DNA of 54,407 bases, filler included, from Catajapyx aquilonaris (lineage: Eukaryota): NCBI GenBank assembly GCA_000934665.2. It is 3 parts of 3 records of this genome, joined end to end, with 100 filler letters (N's around TTAATTAATTAA, not from the genome) between each part and the next. Parts side by side here need not be neighbours in the genome. Positions count along the whole stretch, not along the records: positions 36,353 to 54,407 come from JYFJ02006795.1; 2 more parts are not named here. The stretch is one strand, 5' to 3'. Each line of letters opens with the position of its first letter. Within the stretch, counting starts at the first letter, position 1. Under the pieces are notes generated by a model. That model was not told where the DNA came from. It saw nothing but the letters and a program-made list of their open reading frames with translations, and ran no database searches. This document shows, piece after piece, positions 47,476-54,407 of the stretch. Made by a program: the position numbers and the translations under genes.

Positions 47476-48855
47476 GTAGAACCCACTTTAGAGAGCCTAG
47501 AGTCGGAGTCGACAACATGTGACTTCACCCCTTCTCTGATTGGCTGGAGTAATTATGGACTGTTTTTATGTGTAATACGTAAGATGACGGGCACTTAAGC
47601 AGTTCACAATTACTCCAGCCAATCGGACACGACCTGAAATCAGAAGTTGGCGACTCTTTACCTAAAGCCTCTCTAGTTTGTATGGTACATGACAAACCCT
47701 CATATTTTGAGTTAACCCATTTGTTCCTAGTGTCCTATATGGACGGTGTTATGCAATAATCGGTCAACCCACAAAAATGTCAGAATTGAGTTAAGCCCAG
47801 GCACATACACCTACTTCCTACTTCATTCAGTTAAAATCACACTTGTGAAATCTGCATACTTCTGCCATAATTGACTGAAAATAACACTGAATTAATTTCA
47901 CAGGTATTACCTTCAAAGCCCTTTTTCTGAAAACTGTTGACTCATAATTGCATAACACCATCCATATAGAGGACTGGCAGGGGGGGAAAATATCTCTTTT
48001 AGTTGTGCACATTAATCACAAACGAAGGAAGCTGAACCACTTCAGGAAAGCTTCCTGTAGTCAGTCTAGTGGGAGAATGCAGATACATCACATTTCATTG
48101 CTTGCATCTTAATTTTGGCCTCTAAAATCATGCTTTAAAATATCATTAAAATACGAGGCGCATCCAGAAAGTAAGTTCCGTTTTGTTATTAGGAATCCAC
48201 AATGCAGCCCCAGAATTTTTATTTACACATCTGAAATCGACAACTGTCAATTTATTTTATTTTTTTTCAAAATAGTTTCCATACAAATTGAGGCATTTTT
48301 CATTGAGTTACAAAATATTTTGTATGCCAAGTGGCCTAATTAGTTTCACTAATGAAAATCTAAAAAAATATTTCGTAATATACTGCGCAAGTGGATACGG
48401 GCTATGAACGGTAGAGTCCAGAGCAAGTGATACTTGTTTGCACCGCGGTTTGCACTTTGTGTCTTTTGCTCAAGTTTTGTGGTGTTCAGTCATTTTATCG
48501 TTGTTGTTTGGTTTTTGCTCTGGTTTGTGACCTTCTATTTTTACTTTAGGCCGATAAAATTAGTCTACCTTTTTAATTTTCTTGATCATTATCCTCCATA
48601 CGCCCGCAAAAGTAACATTTCCGTGACTATTTCATTTGAGGCTTATTCGTGCCTATTTCAGGGGTTTTTTGTGCCTAAAAATTGGGACTCCGGTTATGAG
48701 TAGTAATGTGCCTGGTCAAATTTAGACCATAATATATTCTCTCTTGGTTTGCTTTCATCTTCAATAGGTTAGGTGAACCAAGTGGTATTTTCTCATTAAT
48801 TGTTTATTACTTTTATTATATTCTGTCAAATCAATTTCTGGTCTCCTCATTGCAG

Positions 48856-51800
48856 ATATTGGACTCCATCCAGCCGTGCCAACTTGTCTGCTGTGCCCAT
48901 TGCAATGGTGCATTTGCCACAAAGAGGGACCTGGAGAGGCACATGCTGAAGGAGCACATCACTCCTGAGCCTCAGGTATTGTAATAAATCGCTGTATTAA
49001 TTTTTATATTCCATTCAAATTGAATTCGTGACTCTTCAATTCAGTTCTCCAATCAATTCAGTTGAGCGTTTAATTCTATTGGTTATTCGTTTCCTATTCC
49101 TCAGTTTCATTCCATTAAACTTTCACTTTCCAATTGCCTTAGACCTGTTGGCTATCCCTGTGCAACCAATAACGCTTTCCTAGTTTCAGTGCCCGATGTA
49201 GGTTCCATTTGTTAAGTATCATTTAGTACCTTACCGGTATATCTTTGGACAATTCTTATGTAAATCCCATGCCTGGTACAGTGCTGGAGAAATTAGCCGT
49301 CGCTGAATGTTTTTTTCCGGCGGCTGCTGCGGCGGTGTTACCTGGCAACCCTGTCCGGCGGGCCAATTCAAACATCAGTCCATGGAGAGCTCTTCCATTG
49401 TTGCCACTGTTTACAAATCGAGTGAGTGACGCAGACGACCCAGCGACGGATCTCTTCTTCCTGCGCACTCACTCACTCGATTTGTAAACAGTGGCAACAA
49501 TGGGAGCGCTCTCCATGGACTGATGTTTGAATTGCCCCGCCGGACAGGGTTGCCAGGTAAAGCCGCCGCCGCAGCCGCCGGAAAAAACCGTTCAGCGCCG
49601 GCTAATTTGTCCAGCACTGTACTACATAATAATACAATTTTTTTTGTATGTGAGATTGCATCATTTCCACAGTGTTTGTCTCATAGGTTCGTCAATAATG
49701 TTGTGAATAATGTTGACCTCTGTCTACTTATGCACCAAGAGTGGAGAGGAAAATTCTGGAGTTTGACAAATATGTAATCTATGAAGAATACTGGAGCCAT
49801 AAGATCTATCACATTATGATCTCCTGAAAAGTTGATTTGAGTTGGCATCATCTTTGCCATTTCGTTGTAACTGATGATCTTGGTTGTTGGCTGGTTATTG
49901 GAGGGAGATCGGTGCATGGATTGGGTCCTGGTCTCCATATGCACTGGGGGTTGGAATGATATAATCACACTGGACTTTGTTTTCCTTTTCCAGGGCGGAG
50001 TACAGCATTTGGGGAAACGGGAAAGAGCAGAGGTCCACATCCCAGCAGCCATAGACATGCTGAAGTTGGGGAGATTTCCCTGCCCCCACTGTCCCAACAA
50101 GGTCTTCAAGAGGATGCTGGACCTCCTTGCACACAACATCACCCATTCGAAGTGGGACAGGGTCAAGGTGGAGGTCAAGGAGGAGCCAGAGGAGGAGGAG
50201 GGCAGAGGAGGTCAGGATTCCCTGGAGATCAGGAGGGTCAAGGAGGAGCCAAGGGAGGAGGGCAACTCTGGCCAGGAAGGTGACCTCAGTGGGGCAGCAG
50301 CAGAGGAGGAGGGCAGAGGGAGGCATCAGAGAGACAATGCTCCTCCGGCAAGGGAGGAGGAGGAGGAAGATGGAAATGGAGACGCAGGCAGGGCTAATCA
50401 GGTGAGAAGAAGAGTGTGCATAGCAGTCTAAGAACTGGACTGCAAAACGTGATCCAAAATGCGAACAGCTTTAACCAACTTTTAACCAACAATTGTTACG
50501 AGGAATAGTCGGAAAATAAGTTGCGCCATGCTACAGTTTCGACGCCATGGGATGGACAGGGTCAAGATGATCATGAGCAGATACATTGGTCCTTCTGCTA
50601 CTTTATAGGACAAGTATGCGCCCCCTTGTAACTTGTGCGCAGGCAAGTCAGATGAGACAGGCTGGCGAGCCAAGCCTGCTTGCCCACATTCCGCCACGAA
50701 ATGTCATGCCAGACCGTGTTGATCACATGGACTAAGAAAGAAGTTAGGACACTTGAGGACACCGTTGGTAATTGCCGTGGTCGGTAGTTCAGGTTTCTGG
50801 TTGTAGTTTACACTCGTGAGCTTATTCTTAAATATCTAGCACCATAACGCAGCACCATTTGCTCAGACATGATATCTCCAGACCTTACCCTCCATTAGGC
50901 AGCAATTTTTGTCATGTATCAACAACTGGTAGTGAACATCTGCCCTAACATCTGCCTTAAGCAGGGATTACACATAGCAGTGGACTGCTGTCATAGTGGG
51001 CGGGGGCTGGGCGGGGCTTCACTTGTAGCGTAGCAGTGCTGTGTGTAAGCGCTAGTTGACCACTTTTCGACTGCTATCAAAGCAATTTTGAACTTGGAAG
51101 CCGGCTAGGACGGGGGCCTATCCATCCAAGCCACTGCTACAAGTGAAGCCCTGCCAACTTTGACAGCAGTCCACTGCTGTGTGTAATCCCAGCTATCCAC
51201 TTGGTCTTGTGCAACGGCTTCCACGCCTACCCGTAAGTTGCAATAAGGCACCTACCCATCCTATAAATTAGAGGAAGGATCAACATAATTATCTGCCGGC
51301 GCTCGTTTTTTCCCTGTCCATCGCATGTCCTCGAAACTGTAGCATCGCGAAACTTATTTTCTGACTAGCCCTCGTATTTCACATTTCCATCACATCTATT
51401 GGCTCCATCGAAGACTGATAGTAATTTGTACCAGGGGCTTACTACCAATTTATTGCCAATTATTCAAGGTCACACTACTCTTTGCTTAGCAGGTGTCAGA
51501 AAATTCCTGGTCTTCAGCAGAGAAATAATAAGAATAATCATCATCATGCAATACACCAATGAAAGAGTCTTAATAGGATGAGGTTGTATGCTTTGATAAT
51601 TGAGGCGCTCAGAGGAAAATGGCATATCCCAACCGACCTCCAATTTTAAGATTGTAGTGCCTCTGTACAGTGCTGGACACATTAGCCGTCGCTGAATGGT
51701 TTTTTTCTGGTGCCAACGGCGCTGCGTGACCTGGCAACCCCGTCCGGCGGGCCAATTCAAACACCAGCATATGGAGGGTGCTTCCATTGTTGCCACTGTT

Positions 51801-54407
51801 TACAAATCGAGTGAGTGACGCGGACTACCCAGCGACAGGTCTCTTTTGCCTGCTTACGCAGTATCTGCAGGGATATGCAGGAGAAAACGGGAAAATAATG
51901 ATGTTAGAAGCAAACCACGTTGGGAAAATTATCCCTGGACTCAAAGAATGGTTTTCGTCCACAGCACACGAAATATATTCCACCCCTGAGGAGGGGGTGT
52001 CAATGATTAAGATCAGGGGAGTGCTAATTCAAAGTGCGTCAACTGACGGATTCTTTTTGTTTTTGTGTCTTTTCCGCGTACTTCGACACTTCTGAGACGA
52101 ATGGAGACCATGCCCCATATGTCAGACACCACGTCAGTCGCGTAATTTGTCCCCAAAGACGTCATATCTGGCAATGGCTTCCGCTATTCCGCATATACGA
52201 ATACGTGTTGTTCCCGTCATATTCGCGCCAGGAAGAGATACACGACTAACATGACACACACAGGGGTTGGACACAATAATATGAACACCTGCAACAAGCG
52301 TTGGTCGTGTATGTCTTCCTGGCGCGAATATGACGCGAACTACGACACGTAGGCTACTCGCTTATGCGGAACAGCGAAAGCCATTTTGGGATATGACATA
52401 CCGGGCGTTCGTCTTAGAGGTGTCGAAGTATGCGGAAAAGAGACAAAAACCAAAAGAATCCGTCAGTTGACGCACTTCGAATTAGCACATCCCTGATCTT
52501 AATCATTGACACCCTCTCCTCAGGGGTGGAATATATTTCGTGTGCTGTGGACGAAAACCTTTCTTTGAGTCCAGGGATAATTTTCCCAACGTGGTTTGCT
52601 TCTAACATCATTATTTTCCCGTTTTCTCCTGCATATCCATGCAGATACTGTGTAAGCAGGCAGAAGAGACACGTCGCTGGGTCATCCGCGTCACTCGATT
52701 TGTAAACAGTGGCAACAATGGACGAACTCTTCACATGCTGATGTTTGAATTGGCCCGCCGGACGGGGTTGCCAGGTTACGCAGCGCCGTCGCCGACGGAA
52801 ATAAAACATTCAGCGACGGCTAATGTGTCCAGCACTGCACTCTCCTTCCATCTACTGTGCTTCATGTGCTGAAGTCCCAAATTAATTGGGATATGCCAAA
52901 GCTCACATATTCCACTTGTAAAATTGGTCTGCAATTGAAAGTCCTATTCTCTTGCAACACAAAAAGCCATTTATCTCAAAAAGAACACTGGTTGGGATAT
53001 GCCGTTTTGCCTCTGATTCAGTGATTAATGATTTATTTATTCAGTGACAAACAGCCGAACTATCCCTGTTGACCTATGTTACATCCAGTAATGTGTCTGG
53101 TTGACTTGTTGGTTGACCTTCACTTAAAATAGCTTCAATTAGACAGAGTTAATTATTGCTTGTGATGCAAACAGATGGATGTTTGCTACATTGGTCGGTA
53201 GTTACAGTTGAATCTGGATAGAATCCAGACTTCAAGGGACTGCAGAAATAAGTAGGTTATAACCAAGGTTTGTTATAGCTGAATACAAAAGCCATTTATG
53301 GAAGTTTGCCGGGACCTGCCTTTCGAGTCTGTTATAACCGAAAGTCTCTTATAGCCGAGTCTGCTATATCCAGATTCAACTGTAATTTGTTGTTATTTAG
53401 AATCTCTAAAGTCATTGTCTTGTGTTCTCATTATAGATGTTGGAGCCCTTCATCCTGCTGTTCCAGCTTCTCTACTGTGCCCATTGTGATGGGGCATTTG
53501 CCACAAAGAGTGACCTGGAGAGGCACATGTTGAAGAAGCACATCAATCCTGTGCTTGAGGTAATGCAATTATTGATGTATTAATTTTAGTTCGAGTTTTC
53601 TGTATTTGCATTAATAACTTTGTGTGATATTAAATTTTTTTCCCCACAAGAATCAGTCATGTTTGCCATATTTTGTAAGGCTGATGATTAGTCAGATATG
53701 CACCAGTGTCTGTTGTATTTGTCATTTGTATTGTTTGATTAAGAGGATGTGCATTAACCAATCAAAATTGGACCAGTGACAGATTTGCCCCCCAATTGTT
53801 GGGAGATTGCAGCAATTCTTTGCTGTGATTACCGCTGAGGCATGCAACCAGATATAATGGTTACTCGGGTTACTCAGTGATGCAGCGTTCGGCGATGACA
53901 TTGTGCACATGTGAACGCACCTTTACATGCACCAAATTTCATAAACATTTATGATTAAGGGAAAAAGTGTGCGGCTGCACATACATTACCTGAATGGATA
54001 ATATTTTTTGGCAAACATTCAAAGTCCAACACTCTCCTTTTCAATACACCTTTACCTGCACTTACGAGGTGTCATTAATTTCAGGGAGAAGGTGCTGAAG
54101 AGAACGCAAAGCATGGAATCCAGCAAGACATGAAGAAAAAGAGACACTTGGTGGGGAATGGTTGTAAGATTTGTAAGAGAACATTTAGTTCTCGGAGGAA
54201 TTTGAATGTGCACATGCGAACCCACGCAGGGGAGAAGCCACATTTTTGCGAGGTAAGCAAAAAGAGGTTTAGTGTAACAGGAAATTTGAATAGGCACATG
54301 CGAACCCACACAGGGGAGAAGCCATATTGCTGCGAGGTTTGCAAAAAGAAGTTTAGTGGATCAGGAATTTTGAATATGCACATGCGAACCCACACAGGGA
54401 AAAAGCC
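48856..54407 (+). CDS. C2H2 zinc-finger protein (partial): exons B', A, B and start of finger-array exon C
   Basis: Phase-0 exons 48856-48975 (CAHCNGAFATKRDLERHMLKEH), 49994-50401 (CPHCPNKVFKRMLDLLAHNITH plus acidic VKEEP region), 53437-53559 (CAHCDGAFATKSDLERHMLKKH) and 54085 to window end (paralog of the 38952 exon; finger 2 has Cys>Ser). They join in one open frame; the exon connectivity is inferred. Confidence 0.72.
49279..49619. mobile_element. Short deletion derivative of the 51668 foldback family
   Basis: TA|CAGTGCTGGA...TCCAGCACTG|TA with ~150-bp arms. Confidence 0.85.
51668..52837. mobile_element. Long foldback element
   Basis: CAGTGCTGGACACATTAGCCGTCGCTGAATG termini; arms of roughly 550 bp are reverse complements. 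Confidence 0.88.
53205..53382. mobile_element. Tigger-type MITE
   Basis: TA|CAGTTGAATCTGGATA...TATCCAGATTCAACTG|TA. Confidence 0.8.

Overview
Eukaryotic genomic DNA, inferred to be arthropod/insect from the gene and TE types. It is made of three contigs joined by artificial N44-TTAATTAATTAA-N44 linkers (18090-18189, 36253-36352). Genes, all on the + strand, with exons placed by GT-AG sites and reading-frame continuity: (1) the last 4 exons of an MBOAT7/LPIAT1-type lysophospholipid acyltransferase; (2) a complete 7-exon, 539-aa GPR180/TMEM145-family membrane protein; (3) a tandemly duplicated C2H2 zinc-finger locus with a 10-finger terminal exon, a duplicated A-B exon pair (one copy frameshifted) and a second finger array running off the window end. 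Most intronic and intergenic DNA is transposon-derived and heavily nested: Tc1/mariner and pogo MITEs, foldback elements, piggyBac/hAT-type MITEs, three tRNA-derived SINE families, a 5'-truncated RTE LINE and a non-autonomous Helitron. The most notable observations are a Transib (RAG1-related) relic whose two ends both read heptamer / 23-bp spacer / nonamer-like; TSD-less Spy-like elements; SINEs with interchangeable 3' tails; and a minisatellite-like zinc-finger array varying mainly at DNA-contact residues. No database search was run; family names come from recognised motifs and structures.
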